This document shows positions 13,270-24,928 of a stretch of DNA of 64,000 bases, piece by piece; the stretch's first letter is position 1, and the number at the start of each line of letters is the position of its first letter. The notes below the pieces were generated by a model. It was not told the DNA's origin. It saw only the letters and a list, made by a program, of their open reading frames with translations, and ran no database searches. Source of the DNA: a virus (taxonomy: Duplodnaviria; Caudoviricetes). The translations under genes and the position numbers were made by a program. The DNA lies in IMG/VR virus record IMGVR_UViG_3300028591_000121, positions 1 through 64,000 of that record. One strand, 5' to 3'.

Positions 13270-14118
13270 TTAACCCCAGTCAACTTCGGTAGCGTCGCTC
13301 TTAACAACGATATTGCCATCGGCATCAAGAGGTTCGTAGCTCCATTCATAGGTACGGCCGTCAGCACGCTGAGGGTCAATAACGGAGAATGTGAGACCGA
13401 AGGTCTGTGCGCTCTTGTAGCTGGCGTTGATACCAGGGGTCTGAGTCACACGGACACGATAGTAGTAGATATGCAGCCAGCCCTTCAAGTTAGCGTCTTC
13501 GCAAGAACCACCGTCGGAATACACCGGGAAGTGCATGGCAAGAGCACCCTTAGCAGTGGTAGAAGTATTGCGGACGATAACACGATGAGCGTCCACGATC
13601 CGGCGATGGTAGCTCACACGGATCTCGTCACCGACAGTAGCATCAGCAGCGTTCAGAGTAATCTCGGTCTTGCCATCGGTATTAGCAGCCGCAGCGGTAA
13701 TTGCCACAGCGAACTTACCTTCGGCAGCAGTGGTAGCTTCTTCCAGGCCACGGATGGAAACGGAGTTAGCCTGCACTTCGTAAGGCAGAGTAATCTTCAG
13801 ACCTTCCTTAACTTCGAACCGCTTGCTCTCCAGCATGCCGATATCGCCAACGGAAACCTTTTCAGCATTAGCCAGTTCGAAAATGTCCAGAGTGAACTCA
13901 GAAGATTCGAAGCTGATTTCAACAGTAGAGTCGGTGTCGATGTGAGCCAGGGGCAGACGATACTGACCACCAGTAATATCCTAACCATTCAGAGTGAAGT
14001 TAGAGGAAGCGGTGTTCACCTTATCATAGGAGAAGACCGTGCCGTCGCAACGTTCAAAGTCAATGTTAGGAGTGTCGATAACATAGCCCTTCGCAATATC
14101 TAAATAAATTGCACCCAT
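13270..14118 (-). CDS. Major tail (tube) protein, 1 in-frame TAG
   Basis: ATG at 14118 with AGGAGG RBS; TAG at 13981-13983 (NG*DITGGQ); high-expression codon bias; position in the tail module. Confidence 0.8.
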
Positions 14119-14174
14119 ATTTTATTCCTCCTTGATTGGTATGGCGATCTATGAATCCGCCTAATTCATACCCG

Positions 14175-14651
14175 TCATACAGTCTCTTTATAAGAAAAGA
14201 CAACGTGATACCTTTTGTATCCCGCCATCTTTGTCCACTAGTCATAACTGTCTACAAAGCGAAACTTCATTCCAAACAAATGAGGTTCGCTTGTCTATAA
14301 AAGTTTTAATCTGTCCTTTATAAGTCTTGTTCTTTTACGAAGTCGATCCACAGGATCTGCGTCATAGAGATAATCATCCCGGACATACACATCAAAATGT
14401 TTAGACCGCATCAGGACTTCTTTATTTCCTGAATCAACATTCTCTCCGTCATACACTACGATACGCACTTTTTCATCCGTCAGCTATTCTCCACCGTTCT
14501 CATCTTCGAGCCAATACTTCTGGACAAAATGCAAAATGTTAATATCTTTTGGAAGCAACATCAGTTCCTGCATAATGGGATCGTCAAATATAACATATCG
14601 CAAAATGCTGTTCCAATTGTCATCCCATGTCCTTCCCATCATTGCACTCAT
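14175..14651 (-). CDS. Putative tail terminator/completion protein, 3 in-frame TAG (absent from the ORF track)
   Basis: MSAMMGRTWDDNWNSILRYVIF...GE*LTDEK...KLL*TS...YD*WTKMAGYKRY...ETV-TGA; 158 aa. Confidence 0.75.
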
Positions 14652-14664
14652 CTGTTTCACTTCC

Positions 14665-15180
14665 TTAATGAAATTTTATAAATGAACCAAAATCCACACT
14701 CAACAAGCGATTCTCTAGGATGGAAGTCTAGTCATAACTCTTCGCATTGGCGAGTGAATTTTCAAGAACTGGATGTCCTACTTTTAAATACTTCTTTATA
14801 GGATGAGCATGCTTTGCTGTACTGGTATGCTTGCTGTCAAGATGGTGTCCCCAGACTTGCGCTCCTGGTTTTGACATAGGGCCTTCTCCGCCACTCTCGT
14901 CATTACCCCATTCCTCAACGGCTGCCCTGTGAAGAACATGTTCTTCCGAACCAGGAATAACGCTTGCGCTACACTTGATCATTTCACCCTCTTGAGTTGG
15001 GGGATGTCCGTCAATGTAACCACGAACAGAGCTTGTGAAATCAAAGTCTCGCCAATCATCAGGCCTGTTAATGTTTAACTCTTTAATAAGACAAGACCCT
15101 AAGATATCCTGAACATCTTTCATTCCCTCTGTCTATGCGCTCATCATTTCGGAATGTAATCCATTCACGTCAATACCCAT
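14665..15180 (-). CDS. Putative neck/tail-completion protein, 2 in-frame TAG
   Basis: MGIDVNGLHSEMMSA*TEGMKDV...SYD*TSILENRLL...FH-TAA; extends ORF 14728-15123 at both ends. Confidence 0.7.
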
Positions 15181-15988
15181 TGTTATCAACTCCACCGCCA
15201 ACACGCTTACCGAATACACTCAGCACCCCATGCATTTTATCGATATGAACCTCAGCCGTAGAAATATCAACAACACGATAATCAAAAAGACCGATCTTAA
15301 ACTCGTCATCGATTCGAATCTTTCTCGTCTCGTTATTCCATTGCATATATACGGAGATCAGGTCGTTCGAGTTAATACCGGGCATGCCAGAAGAAATACT
15401 ATAATCAGGTCTGCCAGCGTACAGGGCATGGGATGTAGGAATATCTTTAACAATAATCTCATACTTTCCTGTCTCATCCAACTCCACTCCGTCTTTCTTT
15501 TCAGGCAATGCAAATGCGTATCTGTCGCTTGCGATTCTATGTTCTCTTCTGAATGTAAGATAGTCATTACACTCAACGGACTGAGTCGCTTGGTTGTTCG
15601 CATGGTTCTGTACATTCCAGTTCAGGAGATACAGTGCACCATCTTCCCGTATTGCATAATCCCCTTTATAAATCTCAACATTATGTTCAACCTTAAAGTT
15701 CGTACTCATATCTGAGTTACCGATCTTAGACTTCCAATCGATAGGAGTCTGCTGCGCTCTGATCCGATACGGTTCTTCTGGTTTGTTATACCAGTCATGT
15801 ATGATATCAAACCACCAGTTCACATAAGGCTTATCTTCATAAAGTTCGTTATGCCAATCTGAGTACAAGGTAGCAGGATCTCTGAACCTACGATTAGTTT
15901 TTATTTGAGGATTTGGACGTAAGGCTTCATCGTCGAAAGAATCCGCAGACTCAACTTCGCTTTTCCTCTTGTTCAAGATACGTCCCAT
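15170..15988 (-). CDS. Putative head-closure / head-tail joining protein
   Basis: Start MGRILNKRK with GGGGTG RBS; beta-rich; position in the head-tail module. Confidence 0.65.
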   Translation of the reverse strand: MGRILNKRKSEVESADSFDDEALRPNPQIKTNRRFRDPATLYSDWHNELYEDKPYVNWWFDIIHDWYNKPEEPYRIRAQQTPIDWKSKIGNSDMSTNFKVEHNVEIYKGDYAIREDGALYLLNWNVQNHANNQATQSVECNDYLTFRREHRIASDRYAFALPEKKDGVELDETGKYEIIVKDIPTSHALYAGRPDYSISSGMPGINSNDLISVYMQWNNETRKIRIDDEFKIGLFDYRVVDISTAEVHIDKMHGVLSVFGKRVGGGVDNNGY

Positions 15989-16280
15989 CGCCAACACCCC
16001 CGTATACAATACACTGCGGAAGTCGGCCAACTTCTCCTGCTTTATCCAAAAGCTTGTGTTTGATCTTAGCAAATCTAGCCCAGGTCTCATCTGCCCATTT
16101 CTCTTTTGGCAGACCACCTGTCGCTTCATAGACAAGATCTTCAACATCAGTAATCATCCGCATCATATCATTTCTGATCATTTGCGTATATTCATCAAGA
16201 CTGTACATATAGTCTGCAACAGGCATCAGCTTTTCATTGCGGTATACAATATGTACACTCAAGTTCTTTTTCTCTTCCAT
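15951..16280 (-). CDS. Hypothetical protein (109 aa)
   Basis: Intact ORF with RBS, overlapping the downstream gene. Confidence 0.65.
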   Translation of the reverse strand: MEEKKNLSVHIVYRNEKLMPVADYMYSLDEYTQMIRNDMMRMITDVEDLVYEATGGLPKEKWADETWARFAKIKHKLLDKAGEVGRLPQCIVYGGVGDGTYLEQEEKRS

Positions 16281-16299
16281 TTTCCTACCGCCTCTTCCC

Positions 16300-16725
16300 T
16301 TACAGCATGTTGTACCTAGTCATCTTATGCCACATCTGGGTCTGTTCAGAACGTGCGAGATTCAGCATTTCAGTTACATTCTTGAACGGTTTGTCTCCGT
16401 TCGTAACGCTCATAGCATCTGTGGTATAGCTCTCTGTTTCACTCAGATCTCCCCTGACTTTATCAAGGAACTATAACTGAGCGGTCGCAAGAATATACCG
16501 CTGTTCGTCAAGCATAAAGTCTGCTTTGAAATACTGAGGTTTCCCATCTTCATCGAGAACAACAAGATCTTCAGAATATTCCGCAGATTTCCCAGCCATG
16601 ACATAGAAATGCTCAATCGCATCCAGAATAAAGTCGCACATATCATCCAGGTCTAAATCTTCTGGAACTTCCTGCCATTCGATTCGGTTGACAAGTTTCT
16701 TTGTCTACTTAATCAGATCTGTCAT
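16300..16725 (-). CDS. Putative head-tail adaptor, 2 in-frame TAG (absent from the ORF track)
   Basis: MTDLIK*TKKLVNRIEWQEVP...TAQL*FLDKV...SYTTDAMSVTNGDKPF...NML-TAA; GGAG RBS. Confidence 0.75.
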
Positions 16726-16739
16726 TCTCTTTCGCTCCT

Positions 16740-17171
16740 TTATTCTCCGCCGTGGAGTTTCGCATCAACGACTTTCATCTTGCTTGCAGGAAGATCCATT
16801 TCGGTAGCGATCCGTTCGATCCTACTAAACAGAACCCGGTCAAACTCGATTTCGTCGAGCCACTTCTTGACATTAGCAGCAGAAGCCCGGAGATGCTTCC
16901 TGATATCATCGTCATCCATGAACACAGGATTCTCTTCCATAACAATACCGCTGCCTTCAAGAATCTCTTTGGCTTCTTCGGGATTTTCAATAGTCAGATG
17001 ATTGGAAGAAAAAACTGAACAGATAGAAGACAGATAATCAATCTCGTCCTTAGTCATCGGAAGAAAAGATCCCGCCTTAATCAGTCGTTCTTTTTCATCA
17101 AGCATTTTGACAGCAATATCAAAAGTTGTGTTATTCCGCACACGAATTTTATCACTATTCATTTCCTTCAC
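16740..17171 (-). CDS. Hypothetical protein downstream of the major capsid gene
   Basis: Intact ORF with GGAG RBS. Confidence 0.7.
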   Translation of the reverse strand: MKEMNSDKIRVRNNTTFDIAVKMLDEKERLIKAGSFLPMTKDEIDYLSSICSVFSSNHLTIENPEEAKEILEGSGIVMEENPVFMDDDDIRKHLRASAANVKKWLDEIEFDRVLFSRIERIATEMDLPASKMKVVDAKLHGGE

Positions 17172-17227
17172 TCCTCTAAAGAAGAGAGGACTGCCGAGGG
17201 AAACTCAGCAGTCCCCGTAGTATTAAC

Positions 17228-18253
17228 TTAGTTGGACAGATCCTTGTACACGGACATATAGGGCTGTTCGCCATACACGAAACCGCAACCAAATTCCTGA
17301 TCCAGACGGATTTCCCAAGTGAGATCGTCGATGTGACGAGCTTCCATAGACTGCACCGGACCCTTGGTGAAGACCTTGAGCGGACGCATATCAGCAGAAG
17401 CAGCGGTCGGGAAGATGAACATAACCTTGGGATTAAGGACAGTCTCAGAGATGCTGCCGTCCTTATAGGGGTTCATCATCGTAGCCACGTCAGCACCAAG
17501 ATAACGACCAATGTAGCCGTTCTGGTTCTGTTCAAGGATAATGTTGTCAGCGAACTGCTGGGTAGCAGGATTCTCGACAGTCTTGAAGCCAGTCAGTTCA
17601 GCAAGCTGCTGAGTGGTCTCAATATCGCCAACGATACCAACGCCACCATAACGCATCCAGTGACGAATCAGAGGATCAATACCAGACTTCAGAACACCAG
17701 AACCTTCAGCATAGAAGGGAGAACCCGCAGTCAGAGTACCAGTCCTGTTGTAGTTGGCTTCGAGAACTTCACGGATATAGCCGAGCTTGGCGTTCTCCAT
17801 CTTCACAGCGGCATCAGACACAAGATCAGCCATCTTAACCACACCACGATTGATGTCAGCAATCGTCATGAAAGGACGAGCGGACACAGTCAGGGAGTCA
17901 AGAGTGACGGTCTTGTGAGCGATACGGCTACGAGGAGTCGTAGAACCCATAGCCTGGATATAAGCCTGAATGCCTTCCAGACCAACAGTAAACTTAGGAG
18001 TGTCGTTCACACCCAGAACCTTATAGTCAGCAATGCGATTCAGGAAATCGCTCATGGGCTTAACCAGTTCATCCACAGAGAAACCAACCAGCTGGGCCAG
18101 TGCATGCATATTCATGGGATTGGGATCTTCCGCAATCACCTGAAGCTATTTATTCAGCTTATCTAAATCACCAGAGTCAATACGTTCCTTGCGGGTCTCT
18201 GCGACCATAATCTTTACCGCAGGATCGTCACGACGGATAATAATATCAGACAT
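17228..18253 (-). CDS. Major capsid protein (341 aa), 1 in-frame TAG
   Basis: ATG at 18253 with GAGGTG RBS; TAG at 18146-18148 (DKLNK*LQVIAED); strong codon bias; follows the scaffold and decoration genes; downstream hairpin at ~17188-17214. Confidence 0.85.
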
Positions 18254-18282
18254 ATATTTTCACCTCGATATTGTTTTGTTAA

Positions 18283-18729
18283 TTATTGAACCTTGGCAAC
18301 AGTGCCACCAGCAACAGGCTTCATCTTATCGCCGGCCGCGACGGTGTCGTACAGGGTCTTGTCGACACTCATGTAAACCATATCGCCCTTAACAGGCTGA
18401 CGCATCTTCACGTACTTGCCAGCAGCAACAGCATACATGGTCTCATCATATTCCAGAGTGTCATCAATTTGCCAGTCATTCTCCGTGAACCAGAGATTCT
18501 CAGCATTATTAACAAGAACATTCATAGCGAGGAAATACAGACCCCACTGATAATACTTGTTCTCCATACGCATAACGCACTTAGCTGCGTCAGTGTTGTC
18601 TGCGGCTTCAAGCTTTGCAACCTTATTATTATTGTTGATCTTTACGAAAACGCCATTCTCAAGCGTTTCAGCTGCGACATGATGACCATCATATACGTGA
18701 CCATCCTATCTTTTCATAAATCCAGCCAT
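18283..18729 (-). CDS. Putative capsid decoration/stabilising protein, 1 in-frame TAG
   Basis: MAGFMKR*DGHVYDG...ENGVFV...; GAGGTG RBS; sits directly upstream of the capsid gene. Confidence 0.7.
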
Positions 18730-18752
18730 AGTGTTTCACCTCATTCTTTTAT

Positions 18753-20162
18753 TTACCGTCCAGAAATAATTCCACCGAAAGTCATATCATCAATAATCCC
18801 AGCATAACTGGAAAAGATTTGACCAACGGGATTGGACTGATCTTTATTTTCAGATTCTTCTGTAGTCTTCTTGGCAGCCTGTGCCACTGCTACACTGAGA
18901 TCTGCAAGCTTCTCATAATCCAGAGAAGCAATCGCCGATTTAACCTCTTCATCTTCAATATTCAGCCCCATAGTTTCCGCATAAACAGTAGCCTTATTCA
19001 GCTTCTGATCATGCTCCATCTTCTGGGCGGCTTCTTTATATTGATTCAGTTCGGCTTGAATTGCATCATAGTCTTTGACCTTCTCCTGAAGACTTGCGAT
19101 CATAGACTCTTGTTCCGCAATCGTTTCCTGCATCCGAGTAATACGAGTCACGTAAGTTTCCTCGACTGTTTCGATAACCCGATTCATTTCAGGCGGTCTG
19201 TCGCTGACTTCTTCGGCCTTGGCTTCTTCCTTATTTTCTTCGGGAGTCTCTTCTTTCTTCTCGTCCTCATTAGCGGGGGCTTCCTCTGCGGAAGCTTCTT
19301 CTTTCTTCTGCTCTTCCGTATTGTCTTCAGGCTTTACCTCTTCGCCTTTCTCGTCAACGGCAGCATTAGCTTCAGCAGCCACATTGGGTTCGTCTTCAAA
19401 ATCAGATACACGCTCAACAGTCTGTTCACTTGCGGTGTCTATCATTACTTCTTCGACAGTAGAAGCATTCGCTTCATTCACTTTGTCCATTTCTTCGTTC
19501 ACCTCGTTTGTATCTGTCCCAGACTTCTCTACTGTTTCGCTGATAATTTGAGTCGGTTCAGTATTATCCGTAAGCTCCGCTTCTGCTTCCGCAACCTAAT
19601 CAAGAGCAACCGCTTCAGGATATGCGGGTACAGAGACGATTGCCATCCCATTTAACGTATTTGTTTCTGCGGCATCCACATACATAACTTTGCCGTCATA
19701 AATTACGTGATCAGGATCATACGTCAACTCGAAAGAAAAGCATAAAATTCCTTTGTCATACATTTCCTTCACTGCTGCACAGATATCGGATTCTCTTTTC
19801 GGAATTCTAACTTCTCCGTATAAACATGTGCCAAACTCATCCTTTACCTTTTCAAAAGAATTGAGAGCGAAACTCCCAATCTGGTCAGTCCCGAAAGTAT
19901 GTGTAATACGATTAAACTTATGTCCAAGCTGCTCGTACCTTCCGGCCTAAAGATTCATCTTATCTGCGTACAAAGGAGTACAGTCATATTTCTCAGGGTT
20001 CGCAACAATCTCGTCAATAAATGCTTCTGTAACACCCTGTTCATTTCTGTTCCCGTTCGTAGACTACATACGCATCTTCACTGACATGAATTGGTTATTA
20101 GTCTGCTGTTCGGCCAGCAAAACATCAGAAGCCAGAACAAACATACTATTCCGACTATCCAT
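18753..20162 (-). CDS. Prohead protease-scaffold fusion (469 aa), 3 in-frame TAG, all in the protease domain
   Basis: N-terminal domain ...FSFEL...GMAIVSVPAYPEAVALD*VAE resembles HK97-type proteases; C-terminal half is an acidic coiled-coil scaffold; possible nested start at 19490. Confidence 0.8.
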
Positions 20163-20269
20163 TTGCTGTCACATTCCTTTCCTTCTCACCTAAAATAATA
20201 GGCGGTCTTATTTTTCGGTAAGATGGAATTTATACTTCTAAGGGAGTATAACTCGCCTTTAAAAATATC

Positions 20270-21961
20270 TTATGTCTGCGCTTCAGAACCTGACGGGTTC
20301 GAAGGCTTAGGCTGTCTCCCGGTTTGAGACTTAGCGGGATCGCTTGTGCGCTCGTTATAGTCTTCAGTCGGTCTGCCTCTTGGATTCTCCTCATCTGAGT
20401 CGTTATTTTTAGTACGGGATTTGCGGTAATAAGTCTTACCGTTGCGACGATAAGTCTCATAACCTTCCCTGTTTTCTGGCTCATTATTTACCGACTCAGT
20501 CGTATTATCAGAAGAAGTCTCAACTAAACTGGGATCAACCAATACTTCGTCAACCCCGGTTCGCTTCTCTTCCTTCCTGCGCTCTACTTCCTGATCGATG
20601 TCAAAGCCATGAGTCTGAAGCAGAGTCTTCTTGGAGATGACTCCTTTGTCATAGAGCTTCGTGCAGATTTCCTGGAACTGTTTTGTACCAGCGAGATCTA
20701 CAGGCGGGAAAGTAAACTGAGGGATCTGATCGGGTGCACTGTGAGGAATAGCAGTGAAGCCACGCTCGTTCAGTCTCTCATTTATCTTGTTCATAATCTC
20801 GCAGAACTTATCTCGTGCTTTCCTGATACGGATTGCAGCCGTCTGCATGGAAACCTGAGCCGTAGCAAATGTCGCACTGGTTGTGGTCTGTCCGCTTACA
20901 ATAATCTCAGAGATACCACCCGCAGAAAGAATCTGTGAGTTGACACTGTTATACTTATCGAAGTGGAAGATCTCATCCTAGTCCGGCTGCTTGAACTCAG
21001 CGGTTGCCCATGAGTTGGTTACCGCAAGAGCAGATCCTTGCATAGCCCGTTTGAATGTCTCGAATACTTTACCCTACTGTTCCTTGTTCGGGAGTACGTC
21101 CCCGTCAGGGTCACCGTACTTAACATGAAGGAAGCTTCGAGTACCGAGCTTTAAGTTGCTGTCTTCCCAGTCGCTAATGATTGACTTCTTTTTCAGCGGG
21201 AGAAGACACGCAGCGATCATCGGAATCGCATACCTCATCCAGTCTTCCTTAGTGTCCTGAAAGGTGAATGTGTTATGCGGATTCAGCTGAACGAATTTCT
21301 TTCCGTCCCTGACACCCTCTGCGATTTCCGGGGGATAACCCGCAAGTCTCAGATTAATGTCACTGTCTTTCAGATAATTTTCCGCAGATAAATTACTGCG
21401 CTGTAACCCAAGATTAGCCAGAAGCTTTGTGCAGTCGAATTCAAGCATCGGCTCGAAGTCAACTGCGATATTTGCAATCCTGATATATTCAGGGGGAAGT
21501 GTAATCTAACGACCATCACTAAACTAATAAATATACACATTAGCGTACTTGTGGTACTGGTAGAAGATACTCTCCATCTTTTCACGGAGTCGAATCCTCT
21601 CGTAATACTTCTCATACTTCTGCTTTACTTCTTCGTTTGCCCCAATCAATTTCCAGGGGTCAGCTATACTAAACGGAGTATATACTTGTTTAATTAATCC
21701 ACGATATATAGGGTCTGCGTCAACGTAGTAATCACTCTATGCAAACTAGTCATAAATATATAATTCTTTATTACTCAGGATGGTCTCATAAGAAATCTTA
21801 TTCCTTACCTATCCACGTCCCTGAATAACAGGATTGTTGAAAGTAATCGTTGGAGCTGCGTTCGGGTCGAAGGCAACTTCACCGTTCATCCTCTATTCCG
21901 TACCATCTGGGACAACAGAAGGTACTTCTTTAGGCCGTCTGAAAATGTCGAAGATTCCCAT
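20270..21961 (-). CDS. Portal protein (563 aa), multiple in-frame TAG
   Basis: ATG at 21961 with GGAGG RBS; ...IYD*FA*SDYYVDAD..., NVYIY*FSDGR*ITLP, PNKEQ*GKVF join fragments 21074-21448 and 20270-20848; follows TerL. Confidence 0.85.
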
Positions 21962-21978
21962 AACTACGCCTCTCCTCC

Positions 21979-23697
21979 TTAATTCCAAGTTCCTACAATG
22001 CCAACGTCATCGACTTCGCCATTGCGTATTTTTTGTATCCGCTTGTTCTCAAGTTCTGAGATATATCTCAGTCCCATAGAAAGTGCGGAGTAACGGTCTT
22101 TATGCTGATTATATTTTGCCGTATCGTATATAACGTTTCCGGCAACAGTCTCTTTGGCTACGATCTGTCCAAGCTCCACTTGTAATGCATCGGCTTCAAG
22201 AAAGATCGCTTTTTCTTCTTTCGTCAGGGTACGACTCTTAATTGTCCTGCCCTCATCGTCTTCTTCGATAAGTCTGTCCTCAACAAGCTTTCTGCTGGAG
22301 ACAGGCAATTCGATCTTCCGTTGCTCAAGATTCACAGTAGTCACGGTAACCAACTGTTGGTTCAGTTTATTGTCCGCAACAACAGGACGAAGAAGCGGAA
22401 CTGCATTCCTGATCGTTGAGTGTTCCGTATCCACAACAAGTGGCGGATACTCTTTCCTCGTAACAGGATCAATCCACGGTTCCGATAAGAACAGCGGGAA
22501 CGCATCACCCAGACCACGATGGTCGAATACAACCTTGATCGTGTTCGGAAAAGACACGAGAAGTCTCCTGACTTCCTCAGCCAACTTATCAAGTCCTCGA
22601 CCGTGGAAAGTTCTAATCTGAACAAGCCGGGTAAGGTATGTCCCGTCCTCACGCTCGATCAGCTTCAGAACACAGATAGCTGCGTTGTCAGCGTCCTTCG
22701 CCTGAGAAGTAGCCAAGTCAACACTGATCACGTACTCCGAAGTAGACTTCGGGGGCTGAGTCAACTCGACATTCTCAAGGACACGACAAGGTTCAGTCAA
22801 CTCATGCGGGAAGACTGCTCCTTTTTCTGATCCCTTAAAGATAGCTCCGTACTCCATTTCAAATGTCTGCTGCGGAAGACTATCCTTCTGCTCCTCAATA
22901 AACTTCTCTCTCGCAAGCCCAAGTCTCTAAGCTGACTTATAATCCTAGGCACAGGCAAAGTAGTCTTTACTCTCCCGGTCAAGCTTTGACATCTTATTCA
23001 GAGCATTAACGAAGGAAGTATAATAGTAGCTTGACTTGAAACATGCGGAAGTAATACTGATCATCTTGGAATCATAATCCTCGAAGTGCGCCTGATGGCT
23101 AACCATACGGGTCGTGTTCAGAACAGGGTTAACGACTTTCTCGATATCCTTCTTTTTCACTTCAGGAGCTTCGTCGACAATAATAATCTTTGCACGGTTA
23201 CCAAGGAAACTCCGCATAGAATAAGACTCAATCTTAGATCCGTTCTTAAATCTGCATCTGCCCTTCTCATTACTTACCTGAACAGGAGAATGGTTCTTGG
23301 CTTCGATCTCTCGCAGAATATTCGGGATCTTAATCAACTCGTCATCGATCTTTTTCAGAACGAGTGTCGCCTGTTGCGCTGTGCCGGAGACAACTGCAAT
23401 CATACTTCCGGGATACAGGACAGCCAGAGCGCAAGCACACAATGCGGTAATCCATGTTTTGCCGTAACCACGAGACTGAGTTAAAAGAGATCTGGCGCAA
23501 TTGCCGATCTCTCTGGCTTCGATTCTCTGCGTATCCTTCTACTCGATACCAAAGTATTCCATAATAAAGATATCGAGATGGGTACGCCAGAACCAGATTT
23601 GCTTTCGCCATGCTTGAAAGTTCTTGATCTCTATTCCGCAGACCTCAATAGGGGGTCTGGCTTCAGCTGCTGGTATTTCTTTATTTAACTGCTCCAT
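21979..23697 (-). CDS. terL: Terminase large subunit (572 aa), 3 in-frame TAG
   Basis: Q-motif region YFGIE*KDTQ, Walker A SRGYGKTW, Walker B IIIVDEA, nuclease ISVDLA...KDRYSA; TAG at 23539-23541, 22945-22947 and 22927-22929. Confidence 0.92.
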
Positions 23698-24593
23698 CAC
23701 TCATAACCACCAATCGATGTGCCGACAGCGGCAATAGTATGACGGAAGTCAGAAATAATCATGTCAACCTGATCCGGCTCGAAAGTAAAGTCATTCTCCC
23801 CTAGGAGTCCAGTCGATTCCAGTCTCTCGATAATCACTCCAAGCGAATCCTCGTCAGTAACACCGACCTTGTTCTTAGCCTGGACACAGGCGGCGAACGT
23901 TGTCATCTTGGAATATTCCTCATATAGAGCGTGTGCGGCTTTGCACTCCTGCATATTAATTTCTCCACGCCTGAACTTATCGTCAGCGATATCCGCATTC
24001 AATGAAGCCTTCAGAAGTTTCCGTGTCGAGTCAACAAGGTTCAAGTCATTCATATCAATTCCGTAAGCCTTAACATATCCGTCAAAGGCTTCGGTCTATT
24101 CTCTGATCTGACTGTCTGTATAATAACCTCTCCACGTCTTATCCCACTTGGGCTTCTCAGAAGTTTCAGGCGAGTCTGTCTATGCTTCGGGATTATTCAG
24201 CGCAGTAGTCGAAGCTTCGTCATGATCCTCGTACTGGTAGTACGCTACATTATTCATGATCGAAAGCCATGTCTGGGCTACGATCTGGATCGCTGCCTTC
24301 TGACGTTTCGTCTCGTCAGTAGCCTTCAGGATCAGATCGCTCGTAGACATTGTCTTCTGCGCTTTTACTTTACAAGCTTCCCAATACTTATCTTCCCAGT
24401 GCCTGTTGTTTTCATAGCAGTACCTTACGACATCTTCTTTCGTCTTCAGAGATTTCTTTGCACACTCTTTACACCAGATGTCATGATAAGACTGGGATTT
24501 CCATTCTTTGTTCATAGCGAAATCTCCAAGAGGAAGAACTTTGCCGCATTTGATACAGTACTTACCGACAAGCGTTTGTCTATTTCCTGCCAT
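23697..24593 (-). CDS. Zn-finger protein upstream of TerL (possible small terminase), 2 in-frame TAG
   Basis: CxxC...CxxC N-terminus; joins ORFs 24180-24593 and 23697-24053 (NPEA*TDS, QIRE*TEAF); TGATG overlap with TerL. Confidence 0.7.
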
Positions 24594-24617
24594 TTGCTTT
24601 CCCCCTTTTGGTATAAG

Positions 24618-24652
24618 AAAAGCCCCGAAGGATTTATTCCCTTCGAGGCTTA
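24618..24652 (-). terminator. Rho-independent terminator after tRNA(CAT)
   Basis: AAGCCTCGAAGG...CCTTCGGGGCTTTTCTT on the minus strand. Confidence 0.6.
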
Positions 24653-24656
24653 TAAC

Positions 24657-24727
24657 TAGCGAGAGGAAGACTCGAACTTCCACCTTATGCTTATGAGGCA
24701 TACGAACTTCCATTGCTCTTTCCCGCT
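24657..24727 (-). tRNA. tRNA with CAT anticodon (Met, or Ile2 if lysidine-modified)
   Basis: Acceptor AGCGGGA/TCTCGCT; anticodon arm TATGC-CTCATAA-GCATA; T arm GGAAG-TTCGAGT-CTTCC. Confidence 0.85.
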
Positions 24728-24793
24728 ATATAAAGGAGAACTTTCGCTCTCCTGTTTTTATTGAGTATAACGGTTTACCGTTATATGTTAATC

Positions 24794-24850
24794 TACGGAC
24801 AACCGATGAGTCGAACATCGCCACCGAAAGTCACCACTACGCCACCCGTA
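24794..24850 (-). ncRNA. tRNA-like element lacking an anticodon arm
   Basis: Closing stem TACGGGTGGC/GTTGTCCGTA; D-loop-like TAGTGGT; canonical T arm CGATG-TTCGACT-CATCG. Confidence 0.4.
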
Positions 24851-24928
24851 TTATACAGCATATAACAGTCGGAAACCACAGATGATACGGGTATCTCCTG
24901 TGGCGAGACTTACGTCTCTGATAACTCT

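Noticed and set aside
24594-24713. N-terminal extension of ORF 24180-24713 given in the ORF track
   Set aside because: It overlaps the CAT tRNA and a terminator; the RBS supports ATG at 24593
24844-24892. Plus-strand stem ACCCGTATTAT...ATGATACGGGT with ACAGCA as a fifth copy of the DUF2828-associated repeat
   Set aside because: Opposite strand to local transcription, motif incomplete (ACAGCAT), and no anticodon-like hairpin
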